Below are positions 11,367 through 23,541 of a DNA stretch of 64,000 bases, one piece after another (position 1 is the first letter of the stretch; each line of letters starts with the position of its first letter). Location: assembly GCA_043228905.1 (NCBI GenBank), contig JBHGNT010000004.1, positions 11,284,001-11,348,000 of the forward strand, in the 5' to 3' direction. Source of the DNA: Azolla caroliniana. Taxonomy: Eukaryota > Plantae > Polypodiophyta. Both the position numbers and the translations under genes were made by a program. Below the pieces are notes generated by a model. The model was not told where the DNA came from. It worked only from the letters and a program-made list of their open reading frames with translations, and did not search any database.

Positions 11367-13805
11367 ATGCCGGTCCTAGCTCCTTCCCCAATGGTAACAC
11401 GATCTAGCATTCTTGTAATCCCTGCCAAGTTGGGTCCTTGTCGCTACTCTTTATGGGCTCCTCCGGTTGTATGTTTTGTTCCTACATCTCAGCCACATTA
11501 CGTTCATTGGCTTTCTTGATCCATTCGGTGGCATGCTTCCGAATATACTCCTAAGTTTCCCACTTGGCCGCTTTTCCTTTGGAACGGGTAGTGACTTGCT
11601 TTTCGTTAGCCTTGACCGGACATTGGTTGCAATAATGCCCATCCTTCCGGCAATAATAGCAATATGCCTTTCGATTGCTGCCTAACTCCCTGTTGTCCAT
11701 GTTCTCGATCTGTGCATCGGAGGTTATCCGGCGGTTGTCATATGTTTTTCATTGCTTCGGTGGTGTCACAACGATGTTTGTGCTTCCTTGATTGTACTCT
11801 CTGGCTGCTTCTCGGCGCTCTTCCCTACGAAAATACCCTCGTTTTTGGTTGCGTTAGAAATTCCAGTTTCCTTGTCATTCTAGATAAAGTCTATAGTCCA
11901 TTCTCCGGTCGTAATCCGGAGAGTAGTCCCATTCATACCGATCTCGGTTGTAACCTTCCTTGCGTCAGTCATCACGATCGCGCTCATTGTCGTCGAGTCT
12001 TCTATCATCATACCAATCCCCACATTCAGGTCGGTAACGGTCCTCCCTCCGGAACCATTCGTCGTCCGGTTCGTGACTGCTACGTGGTTCAATGTTCTGC
12101 ACCAATGCCACCAATGTTCTGTACTCACATCGGTCTGTTGTGTGTGCTCATGAGTGGCATATCATACCCTGCGTCCTCATTGTGCAGTCTACCGTAGAAT
12201 GGCCTAGGTTCAGACACGTTGTGCATTGCAACGCTTGGCAAAACTTGAGATCCTCCTTATTTGGAAGGGCCCTATGAAGGGCTCCCATCGTCATCAGGGA
12301 GCTATGTTTATCCATTTCTAGCACCTGATCGATGACTTGATCCATCGTGTTGGCCTGGAAATAGTATTGTGCACATCGTTTGGAGGGGTTCCCATAGGGT
12401 GGCTAGAAACACCACTTTCGCCTCCTCCTCGGGAGGTGCCCTTGTCAACTGGTTGTGTAGTGTTTGAAATCGGATGATAAATTGGGGCACTATCTCCTGC
12501 TCCTCTTGGTGGGTTGTGTAAAACTGACCGACTAGTTCGCGTTGTTCCACTTTCCTATGGAATAGTTGGAGGAAATTTGTTTGCAAGGCCTCAAATGTGG
12601 CAAAGCTTCCGGGTAGGTGCTTTGCGTGCCAACGGGCCGCCGGTCCCTCTAACGTCATGCCAAATTCTGCAATTTTTTATTGTTCCGGTTCCGGTTCTGT
12701 CAGCCTTTGGGACACATGATTCGCTTCCCATGTTTGTAGGAACGCATAGACGTGCGTCTCTGCGTCAGGGTCATCACGGTACTTCGGATACGGGTACGGC
12801 ATGGTGCAGTCTTCGAAAGGTTGTACCGGAGATGTGTGGTCTTGTTCTTGCTCTGCGGGTGGTGTTGGTGTGCGGTTTCCCACTTTCTCCGCGGGTAGTG
12901 TTGGTGTGCGTTCTCTTACTTTCTCCATGGTTGGTGTCGGTGTGCGTTTGGTCTTGTTTGGAGATTGCTACTCTTCTGGTGTCGATGTGCTGCTCGATTT
13001 ATCGTCCTCCGGATTGTCCGGAGTATTGTGGTTGTTTTTGTAATTTGATTGAACGCTCTGTTCACTATCCGATTCTGACTCCAAGGCCGAGAATGCCTCC
13101 GAGTCTCCGTTGCCTTCGGCAAGCGTCCGCATTCTCGATTCTGCCTCTTGCAGACTCGTCGGGCTACTGCCCTCGTCGGAAAATTGTTGTTTTTGGAACC
13201 GAAGTGCTCCTTCCGCGACCCTTCGAAGCACTCTGGGAAAAGACCAATCCTGTCGGATCTTCTCGGCCGCTTGATGGAAGGCTTCCCGCCTTTGTTGTCT
13301 TTTGGCTAGTCTTCTTCCTCGTTCGGTAACTTGGTCATTAGTTGGTTGAGACATCCATCCCCCGGTGTTCTCTGCTCACTGCAGGAATCGTGGTCGCCAA
13401 ATTAGTGTTGATCCTTGGCCGGACTAGCCACAACACAAGGTGTCCTCTTCCGGAACACTTCTCCAAAGGGGTGGTAAGGCTAGGATGGTTCCGTAACTAA
13501 CACGCGTAGGATCTTAATATTAACCACAGACGGCAAGTATACAAGACGTAACTATTACTTACCCGATATATGTAATGTTCTATTACTTCCGAAAACATTA
13601 CATCGGGTCGGATCCTTTTATAGGAATCCGGTGTCATTACAAAACGGTGCCCTATCGGCAACCGGCTACGAATCGGTTCAAATCCGGATCAGTGCAACTA
13701 TACCAGATCCATCCCTCCGAATACTAATTCTATTTATTTCTAAATATATATATTTCTCCGACTCGCCCTATTCCCACTTATCCTTTGGCCCTTAACCGGC
13801 CAACA
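11367..13805 (-). mobile_element. Gypsy-like element D: 5' LTR (13406-13805), PBS and decayed gag; remainder lost
   Basis: LTR TGTTG...CAACA; minus-strand PBS TGGCGACCAC (tRNA-Arg-like) at about 13386-13399; gag motifs MTLEGPAARW, QFIIRF; CCHC knuckles CTTCLNLGHSTVDC and CYYCRKDGHYCNQC; inserted in G2 RT. Confidence 0.75.
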
Positions 13806-15170
13806 TTTGTTCATTGCGTTCACCATGTGTGCCACAGAGTTGGTCCCTCCTTGCGGTAGTGTGCACATCCGAACCAAACCGAGAGGAGTTTGCATCATTG
13901 TGATGTCCCTGCTTTCGATGGCCAGTTGGAATTGGTCATACCCCGAGTATAGATCTCTGACCGACTATATGGATCTCCCGGCGAAGGCTTTCGCAAACTC
14001 ATAGATCGATGGTCCGACTCCCGTATTGCGGATGGTTACTTTATTGACTGGTTGTAGGTCTTGAATGAAGTGCAACGTGCCGTTCTTCTTTGGCACCGTA
14101 AACCATCGGTTAGAGTATGGGGCACTTTCTGCTTAAGAAGCTCCATCAGCATCGGAACATGAGCATTTGGTACCTGGATCGGCTTGAGACTCCATGACAT
14201 GTGCGGTACCGTAAAGATCACCATCGGTTCGACCATGGTCAGGTCGACGCACCCGATCTCTTCCGGTTAGAATGCAAAGGCTTTCTCGTGCTTCTTGAGC
14301 ATCCTCCTGAACCGGTCCTCTTCTGCCAGCAATAGGAAGCCACTCCCACCAATCTTCAACTCTCGCAGCATTTTGTCGGTGAAACGGTGTCCTATGTCGG
14401 CCCGATTTCACAAGTTGGGGTCGGTGGCAACCCCCTTTATTCATTCCCAGCTGCCCTCTAGCAAGGGAGCCGTGACTGGCTTCACCTTCCGGTCCACCGT
14501 CTTGTACTTGGTGTTTACTCGGGCGGTCCCATGCGCCCTATTCTCCCTTTCGATGTTCGCGATAACTTCGTACATCTCGACAGAGATGACCGGTATGACG
14601 CGGTCTTCACTTAGACCTCCTTCGACTACCCTCTCGATTTCTCCAAGGGTGTCATCGAACGAGACCACCTCCACGACTTCACCAATCCTTTCATCGTGAC
14701 CCAAGGCTCCGCATGCCTTCAAGCACGTCTCGGCCAATTTCTTTTCTCGGCCGCTAATGTCGGTTATTGTCAAGATTCGAACTCTTGACACGACCATGTT
14801 GTAATCTAGTATTATGAGTTAACCAAGATATCTAGTACTAGTTATGTATGTATTTGGTCCTTATTATTTTGCTAGCATCATGTGCATAGTTGCTCCCATG
14901 TAGTATTTACACTTGGCACATGCATGTATACCTACATGCTCTATTGTAGATTCACATGCGTGCAACAAGTATGCATGCCATGTAGTATAAATAGAGGAGT
15001 TCACCTTGAAGGAATTCAAGGTGAACAACACCAGTTATGGAGTCTTTCCTTTAATACTATCTTCTTTCTTGTCCATTTGGTTATCTTCTTGCTTGTCTCT
15101 TGAGTTTATGATCCGTGACAGTTTGTTCACCTTCCCATCCTCATAGCTCTCCCTCTCATAAGCCATAGCT

Positions 15171-16171
15171 ATGTCCGACTCAACTAGTGAGTTAGGCCAA
15201 ATAATGGTAGCCTTACGACAACTACAACTCGAAATTCTTTACAAGAACTTCAAGTCGGTACCTCCCTATCCTCACAAGCACCGAACCCTAGTCTCCCACA
15301 ACAACCTAGCCTAGAGCCTGATCTTCTACCAACATCTAGCCTAGCTTCGTCACAGTTTCTTGAGCCTAAGTTTAGCCTCCCAGAAAAATTTGATGGAACA
15401 AGGTCGCGTTTCTGAGGGTTCATCAACCAAGTTCGACTTATCATTCGGCTACAACCTCAACGTTATGGAGATGGTCTTCGACAAGTCGGCCTTGTGGGCA
15501 CCCTTCTCTCCGGTCCGGCCCAAGCTTGGTTTGCACCATTGGTAGAAACCTCATCACCTTTATTGGAGGACTATCCCGCCTTCCTCGCCGAGTTAGAGGC
15601 CACATTTGGAGAGACGGACCGACGACGTACAACTCTTAACAAGATTTATGCACTCGAACAAGGTTCACGTGCAGCTTCGGTCTATGCTTCCGAATTTCGA
15701 CAACTAGCATGCGACATCAATTGGGATGATCAAGCTTTAGCTGATCACTTTCGGCGTGGTCTTCGAAGCAATGTAAAGAATCTTCTCTTAAACTTTCCGG
15801 AGCCCACCTCGTTATCCCAAGCGATTTCACAAGCAGTCCATTGTGACAATCGTCTTTTCGAATCTCGCCAAGAATAGCGCCGGACTTGGGTTCCACCTCA
15901 TTCACTTCCACGCCACGCCCCGATCATACAACCCCAAGCATCCTCACACTCGGCTACTTCGGCAGATGCTCCTGTCCCCATGGAAATTGATCAAGCCCGA
16001 TTTCGGCCATTGACTGATGCTGAACGACAATTTCGGCAGGCTAATGGCTTGTGCATGTATTGTGGCGCCTCCGGACATGTCGTTCGCCATTGTCCTAGGA
16101 GTACTCGCCCACAATTCCATCGAGCTAACGGACCCCAACATCCGGAAAAGGACATCGTTCGGTTGCAGTAG
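15171..16171 (+). pseudogene. gag: A1 gag (Sushi/PEG10-like capsid plus CCHC)
   Basis: LPEKFDG, LLSGPAQAW, FRRGL, PMEID, CMYCGASGHVVRHC; stops and a frameshift. Confidence 0.9.
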
Positions 16172-18720
16172 GAGCCATGCAACTGGACATCTCCCGTCGC
16201 CCACATTCTCTTGGTTCCATTGCCGGACCATCAGGCAATTTCACATTGGAGGTATGGCTTTCGTTTAACTCTAGTTCCATTCAGTCTATTGCTTTACTTG
16301 ATTCTGGGGCATCTTCTTGCTTCATCGACGTCGCGTTTGCCCAAGCACATGGCGTACATGTCGTTGGCCTCTCAAAACCCATTCCAGTTGAAGCCATCGA
16401 TGGGTGCGTCCTCTCGTCAGGTGCAATTACTCAAGCTACAATCCCATTAGGGCTTCGGGTGGGCTCACACCAAGAGGAGCTCACCTTTTACCTCATCCCA
16501 TCTCCTCGACATCTGATCATCTTAGGACTAACGTGGTTGGAGGCGCACAATCCAATAGTGGATTGGTGCAACCACTCGATCACATTTAGCAAGCCAAGAT
16601 GCTCGTGCAAAAGTATGAAGGTAAATTCAGTTTCCTATCCTTCGAAGATGGTCGACTCCGAATTGACTACCCCATCATCGGTCCAGGATGGGTTTGTTTG
16701 TGCCGCCATTTCTAACACACTCCATGTTATTCCCGAAAAATACCAACACTTCTCCGAAGTATTTGAAAAATGTAATGTTGATCGTTTGCCTAAACACCGG
16801 CTCTACGACTGTCCGATTAATCTTCAAAAAGGTGTGTGTCCACCCTTTGGTCCTCTATATGCATTGTCTGCACCAGAGTTGAAGGCCCTTCGTGTGTATC
16901 TCGATGAGAACCTCGAGAAAGGCTTTATTCAACCTTCTAAGTCACCAGCCGGGGCCCCCATTTTATTTGTGAAGAAGAAGGACGACTCTCTACGCTTATG
17001 CGTCGACTACCGAGGTCTCCACAAACTCACTGTGCGCAACCGCTATCCGCTACCTCTGATCCCCGAACTCCTTGATCGGCTCCGAGTTGCGCGTGTCTTC
17101 TCCAAAGTTGATCTGCGTGGAGCGTACAATCTAGTACGCATCAAGCCGGGGGATGAATGGAAAACCGCATTTCGAACACGGTATGGGCATTTCGAATACA
17201 AGGTAATGCCTTTTGGTCTTACTAACGCTCCTGCAGTTTTTCAACATATGATGAACGATATTTTCCGGGAATATCTTGATCTTTTTGTTGTCATTTACCT
17301 CGATGATATTCTCATTTTCTCGCCAAACATGGAGGAGCACACTCGCCAAGTCCGATTAGTTCTTGCCAAACTTCGCGAGCATGGCCTTTATGCCAAAGGC
17401 GAGAAATGCAAGTTCGACCGTACCTCGATCGAATTTCTGGGCTACATCATCTCGCCCACTGGCATCACCATGAATATGAAGAAGGTCTCTGTCATTCAGG
17501 CGTGGGCGACTCCAAGGCGACTTAAAGATGTGCAATCCTTCCTCGGTTTCGCGAATTTTTACCGTTGCTTCATCAAGGGGTTTCCATCCTAGCACAACCT
17601 CTTATCATTCTCGCCCATAAAGGCACTCCATTTTTATGGACCTTGGAGGCGCAAAATGCGTTCGACTCACTCAAACACGCATTCATCACTGCCCCGGTGC
17701 TGCTACATGCCGACCCCACAAAACCCTTCCAAGTCAAAACCGATGCCTCTGACTTTGCTATTGGCGCCATCTTATCCCAGGCAGACGACAACAACCTAAT
17801 GCACCCAGTTGCTTACTATTCCCGAAAATTTACGGCATCCGAAATCAATTATCCCATTTACGACAAGGAGCTTGCTGCTATCATTGCCGCCTTTGAAGAA
17901 TGGCGACCCTAATTGGCCGGCGCATAACATCATGTCCAGGTAGTGACTGATCATAAAAATTTAGTTTATTTTTCCACCACTCGTACTTTGAATCGAAGGC
18001 AGGCCCGTTGGTCGACATTTCTCGCCGACTACGATTTTGAGATCGTATTTCGACCTGGTGGCCAACATGGGAAGGCTGATGCCCTTTCTCGCCGAGCTGA
18101 CCTTGCACTCCGCCCTGGGGATGCTGCTTATGCTCAACAATCTAGACGTTTTTTGAAACCCGACCAATTGCATCTTTTTGCCACTTGTATGTTGCAGGAT
18201 GATTCTTTACTCCAACAAGTCACTGATGCAACCAAGACCGATGCGTTCGCCAACGAGATTCAAGATAGTCTGCAAAACCCCTCCAAGGCGACCAAAAGGA
18301 AGGATCTTGACACCTTCACCATACAAGTGTCAGAACCAAGGATAAAAGATAGAGTGATGCAAGAAGGATAGAGAAGAATGGATGTATAAGATAGAGAAAG
18401 AAAGAGAATGGATACAAGATATGTAATGAGAGCTAAAGACTGGTGTTGATTCGAATTGATTTGAGAATACATGTATGCGCTTATTTATAGGTTCCTATAG
18501 AATAGCTTAGAGATTTCTAGAATGTTCTAGAATGTTCTAGACCTAGAATGCTCTAGGACATTCTAGAACATTCTAGAACAATCTAGAGTTTTTACAATAA
18601 TCAATGTAATACAAGAAGTAGCTTTTATTGTTTCATATAACAATAAGCTATCTTAATGGTTGAGGTTTTCAAGTATGAATTACAAGGTTCGAGGTTCAAG
18701 TCCGGGTGACGCCATAATGG

Positions 18721-21700
18721 TCATGTGTTCATGACACTATCCCTCCTTCGAGAACGCCGAGTGGAAGTCGGCGTTAACATTGTTGGGCCGGGCTTGTTTG
18801 GATAGTGACGATGGAAGTCGTTGACCAGAGCTTCAGCATTACAAACATTATCGATGGGTTCCCAAGTGCGATCACTCGGAGGATAACCAAGCCAATCAAC
18901 TAGATAATAAAGCTTATTGCACACAATCTTAGAATCGAGAATAGCAGCTACCTCGTATTCGGGGCCGTCCACAAGTTGTACAAAAGGCGGTGGTGGCACG
19001 ACACGATCAGGAATTAAAGAGGTGTGGCAAGGTTCCAAAAGAGAGCTATGAAAGACAGGGTGAAGCCGCATATGTGCAGGAAGGTTAAGACGAAATGTTG
19101 CATCATTAATCTGCGCCGTGATGACAAAAGGACCTAAGCATTGATAGTCAAGCTTAGCACACGGTCGGGTAGTCTTGATGTGACGACGAAGCAACCATAC
19201 ACGATCACCAACCTTAAACGGAGACTTAAGACGATGTCGATCGGCATTGGTCTTATGGTGTGCTTGCGCTTTCTGAAGATGTGACGATAACTCGAACTGG
19301 ATTTGTTGTAGTCGGTGGAGGTGATGCGCCGCACTAGGGTTTCGTGACACCTCGGGAAGATCCAGTATACACCATCGAGGGTGGTTGCCGGTGTAGGCAA
19401 AGAAAGGTGTAACTTTGGTAGAAGAGTGGACCGTGTTGTTGTATGCAAACTCAGCAAGATGTAAAATTTTACTCCAATCATCTTGTTGATAACTAATGAA
19501 ACATCGAAGATATTGCTTGAGCGTTTGATTTGTGCGCTCTGTTTGTCCGTCAGTTTGTGGATGATAAGCCGAAGAGAGTTTGCAAGAGATTTTGAGGACT
19601 GCCCATAGGTGCTTCCAAAAGTGTGAGATAAATTGAGGACCTCGATCGCTAATAATATCATTCGGGAGACCATGATGGCGAAACACTTCACGCATAATGA
19701 GATCTGCAGTTTCTTCACTATTGATGGTCTTTACACATGGTACAAAATGTGCCATCTTGGTGAACCGATCCACTACTGTTAAAATAGTATCAAAGCCTTT
19801 GGAAGGTGGCAGATCCGTAATGAAATCCATAGAAATAGACTGCCATGGCTTGTTGGGAGGGGGTAATGGTTGTAGTAAGCCATAAGGGTGATGCCGGGGT
19901 ATTTTGGCGCGACAGCAGGTGTCACAAGTGCGAACATAATCTTCGACAAATTTTTGCAAGTGAGGCCACCAAAACGAACGTTTCACCAGCTCAATGGTCT
20001 TGGAAATACCAAAATGTCCAGCCATGGGGGCATCATGACAATGTTCCAACACTTGAAGTCGGGGTGATCCGTCGGGGACGTAAAGGAGATTCTTGTAGAA
20101 GAGTAAACCATCTTGCCACTTGAAGTCCTTATAATGTTGAGATGACCCTGGCAATGTGGAGCAAGATGGACGACTTGAACCACAGTGGGCTAAGACATCC
20201 TTAGCAAAATCATCCGAATGAAGTTGTTGCCGAATAGTGTCAAGAAGGGTAGAATCAAGTGGTGTGGCATAAATTGTTGTTACCTGTAGCTTTGATGGCC
20301 CGAGGAGAGTTTGCTTTTGATTGTCAAAGGCCGGATCTCCAGGTCGAAGTGCTAGATACGAACGTCGAGACAGAGCATCTGCTTTCCCTTGTTGTTTTCC
20401 GGGGCGAAAAATGATCTTGAAATCGAAACGCGTTAGAAATTGGGCCCACCGAGCTTGTCGTCTATTTAATACTCGAGCTGTTTGAAAATATGTGAGATTT
20501 TTGTGATCACTATAAATGATAATCTGATGAGGTGATCCTTCTAGAAAATGACGCCATTGCTCGAATGAGTCGACCACAGCTAGTAACTCCTTGTCATGCA
20601 CCTCATATTTTATCTCCGAAACAGTAAACTTTCTCGAGTGAAACGCGACTGGATGTATCTGCCCGTCCTCGCCTGGTTGCGATAGGATACTCCCCAATGC
20701 AAAGTCTGATGCATCCGCCTCAATAGTGAATGGCTTTTCAGGATCAATATGTGCTAGGATGGGTGCTGATGTGAATGCCTCTTTTAGCTGCGTAAAAGCC
20801 TTGTCCGCTTCGATACTCCAAAAAAAATGCTTGATTTTTCTTGGTGAGTTGAGTAAGGGGCAACACAATGCTTGAATAATTATGTATGAATTTGTGATAG
20901 AAGTTCGCAAATCCGAGGAAACACTGGACATCCCGAACTGAGCATGGGGGTTTCCATTCCAATATTGTTTGGACTTTTGCTAGGTCCATGAAAACACCCT
21001 GGGATGAAATAGTGTATCCCAAAAATTCGACTTGTTTGCAATCAAAACTGCATTTCTCAAGTTTGGTGTAAAGACCATACTTCCTTAGGCGTTCAAGTAC
21101 TTGCCACACATGTATATCATGCTCCCCTTGTGTTTTAGAGTAAATCAATAGATCATCTAGGTAGATGATTAGAAAAATATCCAAGAAATCCCGGAAGATG
21201 TCATTTGCCATATGTTGGAATACGGCAGGTGCATTTGTGAGCCCAAAAGGCATGACTGTATACTCGAAATGACCATACTGAGTACGAAATGTTGTTTTCC
21301 ACTCATCTCCTGGCCGAATTCGAACAAGATTATATGCACCCCTTAGATCAATTTTGGTAAAATGCTTTGCCCCACCAATGCGTTCTAAGAGATAGGAGAT
21401 TAAAGGTAAAGCATACCTATTCCTTATGGTGACTTTATTTAAGCCTCGATAGTCCACGACCAAACGAAGGGAGCCGTCCTTTTTCTTCACAAAAAAGATA
21501 GGAGCACCAGCTAGAGACTTTGAATGTCGAATAAACCCATGTGTAAGATTTTCCTCGATGTATTCTCGAAGAACCTCAAGTTCAGTGAGTGATAAATTGT
21601 AAATCGAACCCCACGGAGGCTCTTTTCCTGGTTGGAGATCAATAGGACAGTCGTACGGCCGATGCTTTGGAAGAACACTAGCTTTGACTTTGTCGAAAAC

Positions 21701-22351
21701 ATCAGCATAGTCTTGATATTTTTTGGGAATTTGGATGTCTGAATTCCCTTGAGTGACACTAGAAGGTGTCACTGATATTGCAAATAAGAAAAGGTCCTCC
21801 TTGCCTCCCACTTGGTGCAATTGTTGCAATGTGATTGCTGAAATTTGATGAGAAGGATATGGTGCATTGGTAGAACTATATACTTTGGGAGGATAATCCT
21901 GAGTTCGATCCTTGACAATGATATTTTCTGCTAAGGGGCACCTAATTTCTCGCTTCCTCCAATCGATTCTAGGGTTATGTAGCTCGAACCATGGCAAACC
22001 GAGGACAATTGGATGCTCAGGACTACGGATTATGTTAAAGGAAACTACACATCCTAAATCACCCAAGAGTATGTGTATTGGCTCAGACTCTTCAAATATC
22101 TTCCCGGAAGCTATGGGGCGTCCATCAATCACTACTACAGAAACTGGACAAGGAAGTGTATGCAAGGATATTTGGTGTTTTTGTGCAAAATCTCTATCCA
22201 TGAAACAAGAATTGGCTCTAGTATCTAAGAGGGCTTGGACTTGAAGTTGACAACTGGGTGTCCTAACTTGTACTAGGGCTGAGAAGACTCTATTAACATG
22301 CTTGGAAGAAATGGAACCCACACTAGGTTGTACATATCTAGGGTTGTCCAA
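18721..22351 (-). pseudogene. pol: C pol PR-RT-RH-IN-chromodomain (one frameshift at about 20825)
   Basis: ORFs 20744..22351 and 18721..20931; YLDD, EADASDF, HPQTDGQTER, EYEVAAILDS...YLVDWLGY...TWEP. Confidence 0.95.
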
Positions 22352-22377
22352 CCAAATGGCTCCTATTTTGGCCGGAC

Positions 22378-23541
22378 TTATTCGTTTGACTCCTCTTCTA
22401 ATTGGCTTAGGACTTCAAATTTATTGGACAAGGGTGGATTATTCATAATATTAGATTCACTAACTACTTCTAAAATGTTGGACTCATTTTTATTGTCATA
22501 GTGAATTTGATTTACCTGACGTCTCGGCCTACGGGAGCAATGAATGGCTATATGTCTTGGACCTCCACAATATAAGCACAGATGGTTTGCTCGACGACGT
22601 TGCTTCTCTTCGTCTGACAACGGTCCTCGTCGTTGAGTCATATCGATCTCCATGGGTGTAGGACTATCCATTGGGACTGGACTACGTGTTTGCCTTGGAG
22701 TTGGAGCAGGGCTATACATTTGCCTTGGGGATGATTGCGCCGTTACTGATGCATAAGTTGGTGTGAATCTAGATCTTGTTATTTGTTGTTGTCGCTCACA
22801 TCGACGCTCAAAAAGGCGATTATCACACCGTATTGCTCAACTAATAGCTTCTGTAAGTGACCTTGGATCCTCGGGGAAGGTAAGAAGTAAGTCTTTGACA
22901 TCACTACGAAGGCCTGAACGGAATTGCTCCATTAGGGCTTGTTCATCCCAAGGAATATCGCTTGCGATGAGACGGAAATTGGCAGCATATGTTGAAGCTG
23001 GTTGATCACCTTGACGAAGTGTACGAATCTTGTTGATAGTTGTTCTCGCCCCATCAGTATCTCCGAAACAAGCCTTAAATTTCTTGATAAATTCCTCGAA
23101 ATTATTCAGTAGAGGAGAATTGGTCTCTAGCAATGGAGCAAACCACGACAACGCTATGCCAGTCAATAAAGTTCCCACTAGCCCGACTCGTGATGCATCT
23201 GTTGGATAACGTGCGGGATGCATTTGAATCACCAACCGTACTTGATTCAAAAAACCTCGGAAATGCGCCCTCGACCCATCAAATTTAGCTGGGAGGCTAA
23301 TTTTGGGCTCCTTGATAAGTCCCTGACCTTCAACCCTTTGTTGTTGTAACACGACGATTGTCGACTCTAACTGTTGCACTCGTCACGTGAACTCCTCTTG
23401 TTGTTGTTGCTTCTCTATAGTAACCTTTTGTAGATCCCCAAGTAGACGTTGATTCTCTACTTCAAGAGATGCGAACTTGGATTTAAGGTTCTCCATTTCT
23501 GCAACAAGGGTGAGATATTCTTCTGAGTTAATGGCAGCCAT
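22378..23541 (-). pseudogene. gag: C gag (in-frame stops)
   Basis: Coiled-coil N-terminus, LPAKFDG, QFRSGL, PMEID, CLYCGGPRHIAIHC. Confidence 0.92.

Noticed and set aside
12514-13329. 271-aa plus-strand ORF
   Set aside because: Antisense shadow of element D gag
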